Source: Candidatus Saccharimonadota bacterium (lineage in GTDB: Bacteria > Patescibacteriota > Saccharimonadia > Saccharimonadales > Saccharimonadaceae). From it: a stretch of 32,000 nucleotides of DNA. The notes under the pieces are model-generated. The model saw only the letters and a program-made list of their open reading frames with translations, ran no database searches and was not told the DNA's origin. The position numbers and the translations under genes were made by a program. The DNA is taken from the NCBI GenBank assembly GCA_016700015.1, contig CP064995.1:360001-392000 (forward strand), given 5' to 3'. Shown here one piece after another: positions 1 through 7,563 of the stretch. How positions within the stretch are numbered: the stretch's first letter is position 1; each line of letters begins with the position of its first letter.

Positions 1-411
1 TTTCCATTACACCTTGACAATTAATTCACCCGATTTCTTCGCTGATCCATGAGGCACAGTGACGCAGAAATACCTCAGCCTTGCCGGTGGTATACGCGTC
101 ACCATCAAACCACAAAGCACTAGTGCTGGTGCTACCACCTACAGCCTCAGTAACCTGCATGGTGATACCATGGCAACAGTGAATGCCGATGGTACCCCAA
201 CCATCATCACCCCCACCGGCCCCTTCGGTGAACAACTAGCAAATCATACCGCACCCACCAACGCCACACCTGGCACCAGCAACGACTACCTCGGTACTCA
301 TGCTAAAGCCACCGAAACAGACTACCTGACTCGTCCTATCCAAATGGGAGCCAGAGTCTATATACCAGAACTAGGCAGGTTTATGCAGATGGACCCGGTG
401 GAGGGAGGAAC
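1..411 (+). repeat. RHS core-end repeat, copy 1 (partner 4121-4530)
   Basis: 68-411 matches 4187-4530 with only 3 mismatches visible (all near 378-396). Weaker homology continues back to position 1 / 4121. Confidence 0.9.
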
Positions 412-931
412 GCTGAATGATTATGTGTATGCACAGGATCCGGTGAATCAAACCGATACAACTGGTGAGTTCTTGGCAAATCTAATTCGGATTGCAGTCG
501 TCGCACTGTTTAAGCTTGTACCAAAGCAAGCAGTAAAGCAAACAGCGAAGAAAGCAACGAAGGCTGTCGTAAAACAAGAAGTAAAAACGATTGCGAAGCA
601 GGTTACAAGGCAAGAAATAAAGAATATTGCCAGCACAACACCAAAGCAAATGTCGTACAACGCGCAGAAAACAGTCGACTTCCTAAAGAATAATGACTTT
701 AAGTTTTCAGCGCAATTCACTAAAGGAGGCGGCCAGTGGTTAAACGATGGTCGAGCAGGCTCGCAGCTACTACCAAAAGAGTATCTTGGTAAGCCAATAA
801 ATTATACAGAGTGGGATGTCCAGCCAATGTTGCAAAATGGCTTGCGCGGCTCGGAGCGTATAATTAGAGGCAGCGATGGGTCAATATGGCACACCGCCGA
901 CCACTATAAGACGATAATAAGAATTGAGTGA
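59..931 (+). CDS. RHS-core C-terminal region fused to a barnase/RNase Sa (N1/T1) family ribonuclease toxin domain
   Basis: The RHS repeat-associated core signature is [44 protein letters not shown]. It is followed by a Lys-rich linker and then INYTEWDV...RGSERIIRG...WHTADHYKTIIRI, which matches the microbial guanyl-RNase signature (YxE[YW]xV, RGxxRI[IV], DHYx[TS]). The homologous frame continues upstream to the window edge but has an in-frame TGA at 50-52. The GTG at 59 is the first possible restart. Confidence 0.85.
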   Translation: MTQKYLSLAGGIRVTIKPQSTSAGATTYSLSNLHGDTMATVNADGTPTIITPTGPFGEQLANHTAPTNATPGTSNDYLGTHAKATETDYLTRPIQMGARVYIPELGRFMQMDPVEGGTLNDYVYAQDPVNQTDTTGEFLANLIRIAVVALFKLVPKQAVKQTAKKATKAVVKQEVKTIAKQVTRQEIKNIASTTPKQMSYNAQKTVDFLKNNDFKFSAQFTKGGGQWLNDGRAGSQLLPKEYLGKPINYTEWDVQPMLQNGLRGSERIIRGSDGSIWHTADHYKTIIRIE

Positions 932-941
932 GAGTATAAAA

Positions 942-1487
942 ATGAATATTGAGAATATGAAAATGCTTATTACTAAATCAGGAGCGGAACTTCAAACCGG
1001 CCTCACAGACGATGAAATAAATGAGATAGAGCGCGTTTTCGGTGCTCCCATGCCCGCCGACTTTAAAGAAATGCTTCACCACTTCCTACCGATTGGTAAT
1101 ATGTTCTACGACTGGCAAAAGCCACAGAACGTGCACGATGATTTTTATCGAGATTTAGAAAATGTGATACGTTTCGATATTTCTAATAATAACTTTTGGT
1201 GCCCACTATTTGGCGACAAACCGCAAAGTATAGATGAATCGGTTGCTAAGGCTATGGCAGCGATACACAATGCGCCACCGCTTTTTCCAATATACTCACA
1301 CCGATGCGCTGCACGTAGCGCATCTCGAGATAAGTCAGTTGTAATATCACTATACCAATTCACTGACTCGGCAGTATACGGAGTAGGTATAGAGGATTAT
1401 TTGATGCGCGAATTCGGCAATCAAGACAACGTATCAATGATTGAAAACGTACATGTACCGTTTTGGTCGGAGTGCTTAGAGCTTTAA
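942..1487 (+). CDS. SMI1/KNR4 (SUKH) family immunity protein
   Basis: The ATG lies 10 nt after the toxin stop (an alternative TTG at 924 overlaps it). LTDDEINEIERVFGAPMPADFKEMLHHFLP is the typical SUKH N-terminal motif. The gene sits immediately 3' of a toxin C-terminal (CT) domain. Confidence 0.7.
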   Translation: MNIENMKMLITKSGAELQTGLTDDEINEIERVFGAPMPADFKEMLHHFLPIGNMFYDWQKPQNVHDDFYRDLENVIRFDISNNNFWCPLFGDKPQSIDESVAKAMAAIHNAPPLFPIYSHRCAARSASRDKSVVISLYQFTDSAVYGVGIEDYLMREFGNQDNVSMIENVHVPFWSECLEL

Positions 1488-1637
1488 GATTGGGGCAGGT
1501 TACAGTAAAGGAGTTGAGGCCTGGTCTTGACATTCTGACACACGAAATTTCTGATTTCTTTCCAGGGTCAGGCCCCGACATAATGGAGGAGCCAGGGTTT
1601 ATCCCCGGAGATTCGGAAATAGTATATAGTATAGTTT

Positions 1638-2253
1638 ATGCCCAATAAAAATACAGTTAAGATTTTTGTCGCAAATACCTATTATCACGTATATAGCCGT
1701 GGTTGGAATCTGAATAAAATATTTCGAGATGAGAGTGATTACAAATACTTCGAATTACTATTGATGCGCGCGTTCGCCCCCGAGGCTGTCGCAGATGAAC
1801 GAGGGCGGCTATATCGCAACTTTTATAACGACGCGCGCCTTAATGCCTACTGTCTCATGGGAAACCATTTCCACCTCCTTGTACATATCTACGACGAGTC
1901 AGGACTGAGCAGGGCAATGAAAAGCATCCTCACTTCGTATTCCATGTATTTCAACAAAAAGTACAAACAACGCGGCAAGCCTGTTCGAGTCTACGTATAA
2001 AGCCGTACCCATCATCGAAGATGGCCAATTGATGCACATCACACGATATATCCACCTAAACCACCATCGTTTTCACGAATGGTCACACTCAAGCTACGCG
2101 GATTATGTAAATAATAGGTGTCGCAGCTGGATAGATATCCGACCACTCCTAGAACTATTTATTTCACCAGATCACTACAGGGATTTTGTCGATAATTATG
2201 AATCACTCCAGCGAGAACGCGATACGATAAAGCGAGAACTAGCAGATAGTTAA
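1638..2253 (+). pseudogene. IS200-like / REP-associated tyrosine (Y1, HUH) transposase, frameshifted
   Basis: YYHVYSRG, CLMGNHFHLLV (HUH) and MYFNKKYKQRG are in frame 0. The protein continues as LFESTYKAVPIIEDGQLMHITRYIHLN in the next frame from 1981. One extra base near 1980 splits it into ORFs 1638-2000 and 2029-2253. Confidence 0.75.
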
Positions 2254-2314
2254 TTGTATAATTTATAACATATAATCGTATCTTCCAGGGATAAACCCTT
2301 GAAGAAACGCTTGA

Positions 2315-2794
2315 AGCATTTCTGTCGCGGCCATGCTACAGCCAGTGACAAAAGACTCTGGTACCGCACTAAAGGTCGGTGAGGCTGTTGTGCGAACTAT
2401 GCAGATAATGGCCCCCATGGGCGCGACATCGAGAGGGAACACAAAGTCGACTAGCACAACAAAGGCGACGCAAACAACAAAGGTCTCAACACCGCAGACA
2501 CAAATTGCGATTAACAAAGCAGTTGGAGCTGCAGCAGAGACGCAAGTGGCAAAACAATTACAGACGGCCTATGGCAGTTCAAGCGTTTTATCATAACCGT
2601 CTTACTATACTTCGTTGGGCTATAGATATCCAGATTTCCAGGTGTATCCACAAAACGCACTACCGTTTAATGTTGAAGTAAAGAGTGGCAATGCTATGTA
2701 TGGTGGGTTGCAATACCAGAAGGATCGAGAGATATTCGACATGTATGGTATTGAGACTCAGGTCATATATGTTAATAATATAACCTGGAGATAA
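2315..2794 (+). pseudogene. Orphan toxin C-terminal cassette, PD-(D/E)xK nuclease-like, with in-frame TAA
   Basis: The frame is open from 2315. AAETQVAKQL...GYRYPDFQVY...FNVEVKSG gives an E...PD...ExK arrangement. TAA at 2594-2596 interrupts the same reading frame, which then runs on to TAA at 2792-2794. Confidence 0.55.
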
Positions 2795-2799
2795 TATAA

Positions 2800-3333
2800 G
2801 TGAAAAAGAAATACATAAGCGTTACCAAACTGAAGCTTGAGAAGCTATTTGGCAAGGGAAACATACAAACTGTGGGCCTAGACACGACTACAGAAAAGAG
2901 GAACGCTGTAAAAAAAAGACCTCAACCTTCATATAGTTACAAGCTTGATGATGTATCATGGCACCAGATGTCAGATCACTTGACGGGTCTTGAGGGAGTG
3001 CATATTGCTTTGATGCTCTGTGCTCTGGTCGAAAAAGATGCATACAAAAGAGAAGAAATAGTGCGGACGGTGTCTGAATGCAGTATGACTCCACTCGAGC
3101 AGCTGTCTATACTATCGGACAACAAGCTTTTTTCAAACGACTTTAAACAACCCTATCGACAGTGGTTGGAGAAGCACTATGACAGCCTATACCTACCATC
3201 ACTTGAAGACGGCACTCTACATCTTTCAAGGAGTCCCCGAGCTAGTGCACCTTACAATATATCTGACTCGTGGGAAAATGTTAATGTGGTAAAAAAATTT
3301 ATAACTAGACATCTGAATACTGACGCTTCCTGA
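2800..3333 (+). CDS. Hypothetical protein, candidate immunity protein for the adjacent nuclease cassette
   Basis: 177-aa ORF with a GTG start 5 nt after the cassette stop and ggag 9 nt upstream. I recognise no family. The call is positional only. Confidence 0.45.
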   Translation: MKKKYISVTKLKLEKLFGKGNIQTVGLDTTTEKRNAVKKRPQPSYSYKLDDVSWHQMSDHLTGLEGVHIALMLCALVEKDAYKREEIVRTVSECSMTPLEQLSILSDNKLFSNDFKQPYRQWLEKHYDSLYLPSLEDGTLHLSRSPRASAPYNISDSWENVNVVKKFITRHLNTDAS

Positions 3334-3470
3334 TGCGCATGAGCCCACCGATGATGAGAGCATAGCGCAGCGAGGTGGGTATCCGTGGAGAAATAAGCAG
3401 AACCTAATGATGCCGGGCCCATTGAATAAATATGCATAGGATGCAATATTAACAAGGAGAATATTGAACC

Positions 3471-3989
3471 ATGGTGACTGAAAACGATTTGCAAAAGATA
3501 AGAAGTAGCGGCCTCGGAGTGTATTGTACTAGTAGTGGATCTGAGTCGTATATCTACTATGAAGAGCGTAATCTAGGAAAGTTAGCCGATATGGGACGAG
3601 CGGAGTTGCTGGATGCGCAGGCGAAGGTGTTTCACCATTATCTCTGGGGCCCTGATGGTCATAGCGGCCTCTCTGCTCGCTTTAAAAACCATCTTTCTGG
3701 CGACTATGGTAAAGATATTTCTCTTGTGCTCTTGCGGTTCAATGTCAACCCTCTGCCAAATTGGCCGGCTATGAAAGATGTCGATAATTACCGACCAAGC
3801 GAAAAATCTATCGGTGCGTGGATTACTATCGATGACGAATACTTTTCGCTACCTGACGATGCTGCAAAAGAGCGATTTGTCCGCGATAGAATACTCGATA
3901 GGCTAGAGACAATAAGCAAGCGCTTTAAAGCACGTAAGCTAGATGCAGACATCGACCGTCTGATCGATGATGTCAAGAAGATATTCTAG
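3471..3989 (+). CDS. Hypothetical protein (possible orphan immunity gene)
   Basis: 172-aa ORF with a strong SD (aaggaga) upstream. No recognisable motif. Confidence 0.5.
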   Translation: MVTENDLQKIRSSGLGVYCTSSGSESYIYYEERNLGKLADMGRAELLDAQAKVFHHYLWGPDGHSGLSARFKNHLSGDYGKDISLVLLRFNVNPLPNWPAMKDVDNYRPSEKSIGAWITIDDEYFSLPDDAAKERFVRDRILDRLETISKRFKARKLDADIDRLIDDVKKIF

Positions 3990-4043
3990 GCTGTAAGAGC
4001 CAGAGCCTGAGACTTATGAAGTGACCCTGGGCATAAAGGCCTG

Positions 4044-4107
4044 GGTATAAAGGCCTGGCCCTGGAAAAGAATATTGGTATAAAGGCCTGGCCCTGGAAAA
4101 GAATATT
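4044..4107. repeat. Tandem direct repeat, 2 x 32 nt (ggtataaaggcctggccctggaaaagaatatt) plus a partial third copy at 4029-4043
   Basis: Read directly: 4044-4075 equals 4076-4107. The ataaaggcctgg core also occurs at 4032-4043. Confidence 0.9.
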
Positions 4108-4117
4108 TAGTACATAA

Positions 4118-4530
4118 TATTGCTGTCGTACCTTAACGACCCACTCCCCCGACTTCCTCACCAACCCCACGGGTACCATCACCCAAAAATACCTCAGCCT
4201 TGCCGGTGGTATACGCGTCACCATCAAACCACAAAGCACTAGTGCTGGTGCTACCACCTACAGCCTCAGTAACCTGCATGGTGATACCATGGCAACAGTG
4301 AATGCCGATGGTACCCCAACCATCATCACCCCCACCGGCCCCTTCGGTGAACAACTAGCAAATCATACCGCACCCACCAACGCCACACCTGGCACCAGCA
4401 ACGACTACCTCGGTACTCATGCTAAAGCCACCGAAACAGACTACCTGACTCGTCCTATCCAAATGGGAGCCAGAGTCTATATACCAGAACTAGGCAGATT
4501 CATGCAGATGGATCCGGTGGAGGGAGGAAC
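4118..4530 (+). pseudogene. Orphan RHS core-end fragment (repeat copy 2) lacking a toxin domain
   Basis: The frame is open from 4118 with no upstream start. It encodes the same ...TQKYLSLAGG...[26 protein letters not shown] as copy 1. After 4530 it reads out of frame through fusA-derived sequence. Confidence 0.8.
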
Positions 4531-4532
4531 AC

Positions 4533-4661
4533 ATGTTTGGCTATACTGGCGACATCCGCAGTATGAGCCAAGGCCGCGCTGCCAGCACCATGGAGCTCGC
4601 GCACTACGAAGAAGTCCCGCCAAACGTGGCGCAGGAAATCATCGAAAAGCGTTCGAAATAG
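4533..4661 (+). pseudogene. fusA: 3' remnant of elongation factor G gene (last 42 codons only)
   Basis: It translates to [42 protein letters not shown], the conserved extreme C-terminus of EF-G. No upstream EF-G sequence is present in any frame. Confidence 0.8.
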
Positions 4662-4682
4662 CTTGAGCCATGCGTACAAACT

Positions 4683-4710
4683 AATACACCCCGATCTCTC
4701 GGGGTGTATT
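4683..4710. terminator. Hairpin between convergent fusA remnant and 4729-5085 gene
   Basis: aatacacccc (4683-4692) pairs with ggggtgtatt (4701-4710) around an 8-nt loop. The stem sequence resembles the post-rpsJ terminator. Confidence 0.55.
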
Positions 4711-4728
4711 ACTCCTGAGAAATCGGGG

Positions 4729-5085
4729 CTAGAACGAGCCGGCGAAGCCGGCTTTGTCGAACATCATCTCTTCGATGATGCCAACTTCCTGCCAGTCAAA
4801 CGCGCCATCGCGGGCGCAGAGCCGCAGCGCTTCACCCACCCGCCACACGGCTTCCAGGACGGCGAAATAGTAAAAGTTGTTGCGCTCGTGATCCTTGACT
4901 GTTCTGACGACCGCCATGTAGTCGATGGCGTCCCAGCGCATTTCATAGGTAACGCGCGTGCCATCGCTCGCGAGGACGGTGAGAAACAACGAGTTTCCTG
5001 TTCCGGGGTGTGCACACATCTCCACCTGGCCGGTGCCAACACTCTGTATGAGGCTACGCGGTGTGACAGTGGTACGAGCAGACAT
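4729..5085 (-). CDS. Hypothetical protein (118 aa)
   Basis: An SD (aggaga) lies 5 nt upstream of the ATG on the minus strand. It is preferred over the overlapping + ORF 4663-5112. No family recognised. Confidence 0.55.
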   Translation of the reverse strand: MSARTTVTPRSLIQSVGTGQVEMCAHPGTGNSLFLTVLASDGTRVTYEMRWDAIDYMAVVRTVKDHERNNFYYFAVLEAVWRVGEALRLCARDGAFDWQEVGIIEEMMFDKAGFAGSF

Positions 5086-5135
5086 GTTGTCTCCTATCTC
5101 TCTGCTTTATAATAAAATATCATTATATTATAATT

Positions 5136-5405
5136 TTGTCAACTAATACTATCACTTACAGCTCACTTAACTTGCATGTTGGCACAATACTAGCCGTCAA
5201 TCCCGATAGAACACTAACCGTTATCGTTCACCCTATCCAAATGGGAGCCAGAGTCTATATACCAGTACTGGGCAGATTCATGCAGATGGATCCAGTGGAG
5301 GGAGGAATAGCAAATAACTATGTGTATGTGACTGATCCTATAAACCAATTAGACCTGAATGGGAAGTGGAGTATAGGCGGACTGTTTAAGAGTGCTGTCT
5401 CGTAA
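5136..5405 (+). pseudogene. Degenerate RHS core-end remnant (repeat copy 3) with truncated C-terminus
   Basis: It encodes ...[47 protein letters not shown] followed by only 13 residues. There is an internal deletion relative to copies 1 and 2, and only a TTG start. Confidence 0.75.
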
Positions 5406-5409
5406 TTTA

Positions 5410-5859
5410 CTATTCGTCGATGAATACCTGTTTGTCGAGTGGTGGGTTTGTAAGCATCTGCTTTACGAACTTCGGTAGCACTTTGACATCAGATAGTTCG
5501 TCTAGTAAAAACCACCGACATTCTTCGACGGCACCGTTCTTGTCGTGGTCGATATGCGCTGCCATACCCTCTGGGGTTTGCCGGTTGTCGTCGGCGATAG
5601 AGGTGCGCCAGAATGTCTCGAGAGAAACCTTGTCTTTTTCGGGCTCGCGGAACTCCCGTACCTATAGTAGAGAATCAACATGAACGCTGTAGCCAGTTTC
5701 TTCGGTAACCTCACGTTTTACACTGTCTTTTACCGATTCGTCCTCAAACTCCCAGCCTCCCCCGGGTGGGTACCAAAAGTTTGCATCTTTGTTGCGGGCG
5801 AGCAGTATCTTATTGCTGTCTATAATGAGCGCGCGGATGATTACTCTTAGCTTAGTCAT
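5410..5859 (-). pseudogene. Nudix hydrolase with one in-frame TAG
   Basis: The Nudix box is exact: GGWEFEDESVKDSVKREVTEETGY (Gx5Ex7REUxEExGU). TAG at 5662-5664 is in frame, and the same frame continues for 83 more codons to TAG at 5410-5412. The total length (about 149 codons) is typical of Nudix proteins. Confidence 0.8.
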
Positions 5860-6111
5860 GCAGGCTATTGTAGCAAAATTGTGTATCACTATGAATATCG
5901 TTGATTCTGGTAGCGAAAGGTGGATATACCCTCTGAGCAAGTAGACAGTATTCGGTTTGATGAAAATCACGCCTGATGATATGATATACAAGATTGACGA
6001 GTCAGCTTTCTACACCAAGTTATGATGACTCCAAGGGTGGACTACAAATAGCCTAAAGGCGAGGTACGTAATGGTGTGCGACTTTGCAGAAGGTCTATTT
6101 AGTGTATCTCG

Positions 6112-6978
6112 ATGCAAGATAAGCACCAATCCTTATCAAAATACACAGTCCAACAATTTAACAAAGAATATCCAGACGACACAGCGTGTTTGCGTGCAGT
6201 GCTGAAAAATCGCTACGCCGAAACATGCCCTCGTTGCGGCACTATCGGGGTAAAATGGCATCCGATTACTGGACGCAAGGGATTCGTCTGTTCTGAATGC
6301 GACAGCCATGTTTATCCGCTCGCAGGAACGATATTCGAAAACTCAACCACAAGTCTGTGGAGCTGGTTTTATGTGATCTATCTATTCTCAGTCGCTCGAA
6401 ATGGCATATCGGCAAGAGAAGTAGAACGCCAACTTGGCGTCACTTATAAAACAGCATGGCGCATGTGCAGACAAATACGTTTACTCATGCAAGATAAAAC
6501 CCCAATGCTCGAAGGAACTGTTGAAGTAGATGAAACCTACATCGGTGGTAGACATCGCAGGAAGTATGGTTTTTCAAAAAAAGCACCCGTATTCGGAGCT
6601 ATTGAGAGAGGTGGATATGTTAAAACAGTCCATGTTAAAAGTACTGGAGCAAGAGTTCTCTTGCCGCAAATCTATTCAAAGGTGAAAACAAAAACAAGTG
6701 TTTATAGTGACGACTATCGTGCATATAAAAAGCTTGCGTGGTTTGGCTATGAGCACGCTTCCGTAAATCACTCTAGATGGCAATGGGCCGATGGTGATGT
6801 TTGCACTAACACAATTGAAGGATACTGGAGCCACCTTAAACGCTCCATTCGCGGAACTCACTGTTGGGTATCGAAAAAACACCTACAATTATATCTAGAC
6901 GAACATTCGTTTCGATACAATCACCGAAGCGAGGTTATTTTCCCGTACTTGATTCAACGGGTTTGGACGCTTTCTTGA
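6112..6978 (+). CDS. IS1595 family (ISXO2-like) DDE transposase
   Basis: The N-terminal zinc ribbon is CPRCG...CSEC, followed by an HTH-like segment. The DDE region has VEVDETYIGG, VYSDDYRAY and NTIEGYWSHLKR. Confidence 0.85.
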   Translation: MQDKHQSLSKYTVQQFNKEYPDDTACLRAVLKNRYAETCPRCGTIGVKWHPITGRKGFVCSECDSHVYPLAGTIFENSTTSLWSWFYVIYLFSVARNGISAREVERQLGVTYKTAWRMCRQIRLLMQDKTPMLEGTVEVDETYIGGRHRRKYGFSKKAPVFGAIERGGYVKTVHVKSTGARVLLPQIYSKVKTKTSVYSDDYRAYKKLAWFGYEHASVNHSRWQWADGDVCTNTIEGYWSHLKRSIRGTHCWVSKKHLQLYLDEHSFRYNHRSEVIFPYLIQRVWTLS

Positions 6979-7026
6979 TAAGTTTTTTGAATAATTCTTT
7001 GCTCATACGACCACTGTACATTGTCC

Positions 7027-7563
7027 TTATTTGGATGCAATATCGTTATATATAGCCTCTGCATCAAAATAATTTTTATTTTTATCTACACCACCTTTTG
7101 CTGACTTGATACGAATTAGCATGTCACCAAACCTACTACAAATATATGAGTAGCGGTTTAAGTCTTCTTCAGCGCATAAATCTTTGCTCATATCTTGAAT
7201 GGTTCCTGTATCAAATGCTTCGGGTGCTATGTATTCTTTGTACTTCTCTTGCATACAGGTCTTCTTAGTGTAGAAGTCTTTGTCGCCATCACCGTCTACG
7301 TCTTTATAGATCCCGCAAACAGATTCAATTGACGCCGATCTAGTGAAGCTCATATCCTTGGTGTCTACCGTTGTGACCCACTTATAGAAGTCCAAGTACT
7401 TGTGCTTTGGCTTTTTAGGCTTTTCTTTTACTTGAGATACTTTGGATTTATCTTCGATGGACGCATCCGATTTCGGTAATAAAACACTCGCCACTACCAA
7501 CATCGCTATAAGGTAAATGCATATTGCAAGACCTATAAAAAACCACTTCAGTATTTTCTTCAT
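7027..7563 (-). CDS. Membrane-anchored Cys-containing hypothetical protein (transposon cargo)
   Basis: 178-aa ORF with an N-terminal hydrophobic anchor (WFFIGLAICIYLIAMLVVASVLL) and an SD (gggggt) upstream. No family recognised. Confidence 0.6.
   Translation of the reverse strand: MKKILKWFFIGLAICIYLIAMLVVASVLLPKSDASIEDKSKVSQVKEKPKKPKHKYLDFYKWVTTVDTKDMSFTRSASIESVCGIYKDVDGDGDKDFYTKKTCMQEKYKEYIAPEAFDTGTIQDMSKDLCAEEDLNRYSYICSRFGDMLIRIKSAKGGVDKNKNYFDAEAIYNDIASK

Noticed and set aside
1463-1648. 61-aa ORF and antisense ORFs in the 1488-1637 spacer
   Set aside because: There is no SD and no conservation cues. The region is better explained as the REP-like/promoter region upstream of the Y1 transposase.
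4029-4107. Possible CRISPR array
   Set aside because: There are only two and a half directly abutting copies with no spacers, and no cas genes. It is a simple tandem repeat.
4663-5112. 149-aa plus-strand ORF overlapping the 4729-5085 minus-strand ORF
   Set aside because: It starts inside the fusA-remnant and terminator region without an SD. The minus-strand ORF has aggaga 5 nt before its ATG and ends next to the hairpin. Only one can be real, and the minus ORF is better supported.
50-5664. Alternative genetic code (stop-codon reassignment) as the explanation for the in-frame stops
   Set aside because: The in-frame stops are TGA, TAA and TAG, one each. All conserved genes in the window (tuf, 20 r-proteins, helicase) are intact under the standard code, with no internal stops and normal termini. 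Code 25 (UGA=Gly) or similar is therefore not supported, and pseudogenisation or sequence error is the simpler explanation.
5420-5991. ORFs 5420-5683 (+) and 5502-5714 (-), and the N-terminal extension of 5662-5991 (-)
   Set aside because: The first two are frame shadows of the Nudix reading frame. The 44-codon extension upstream of MTKLRV runs across the transposon left inverted repeat (5918-5945) and has no Nudix-family counterpart.
6993-7014. Possible degenerate inner right end of an ancestral 1-kb IS1595 (aattctttgctcatacgaccac versus the true right TIR aatctacttgctcagagggtatatccac)
   Set aside because: The similarity needs several indels and is short. It cannot be distinguished from chance by eye.
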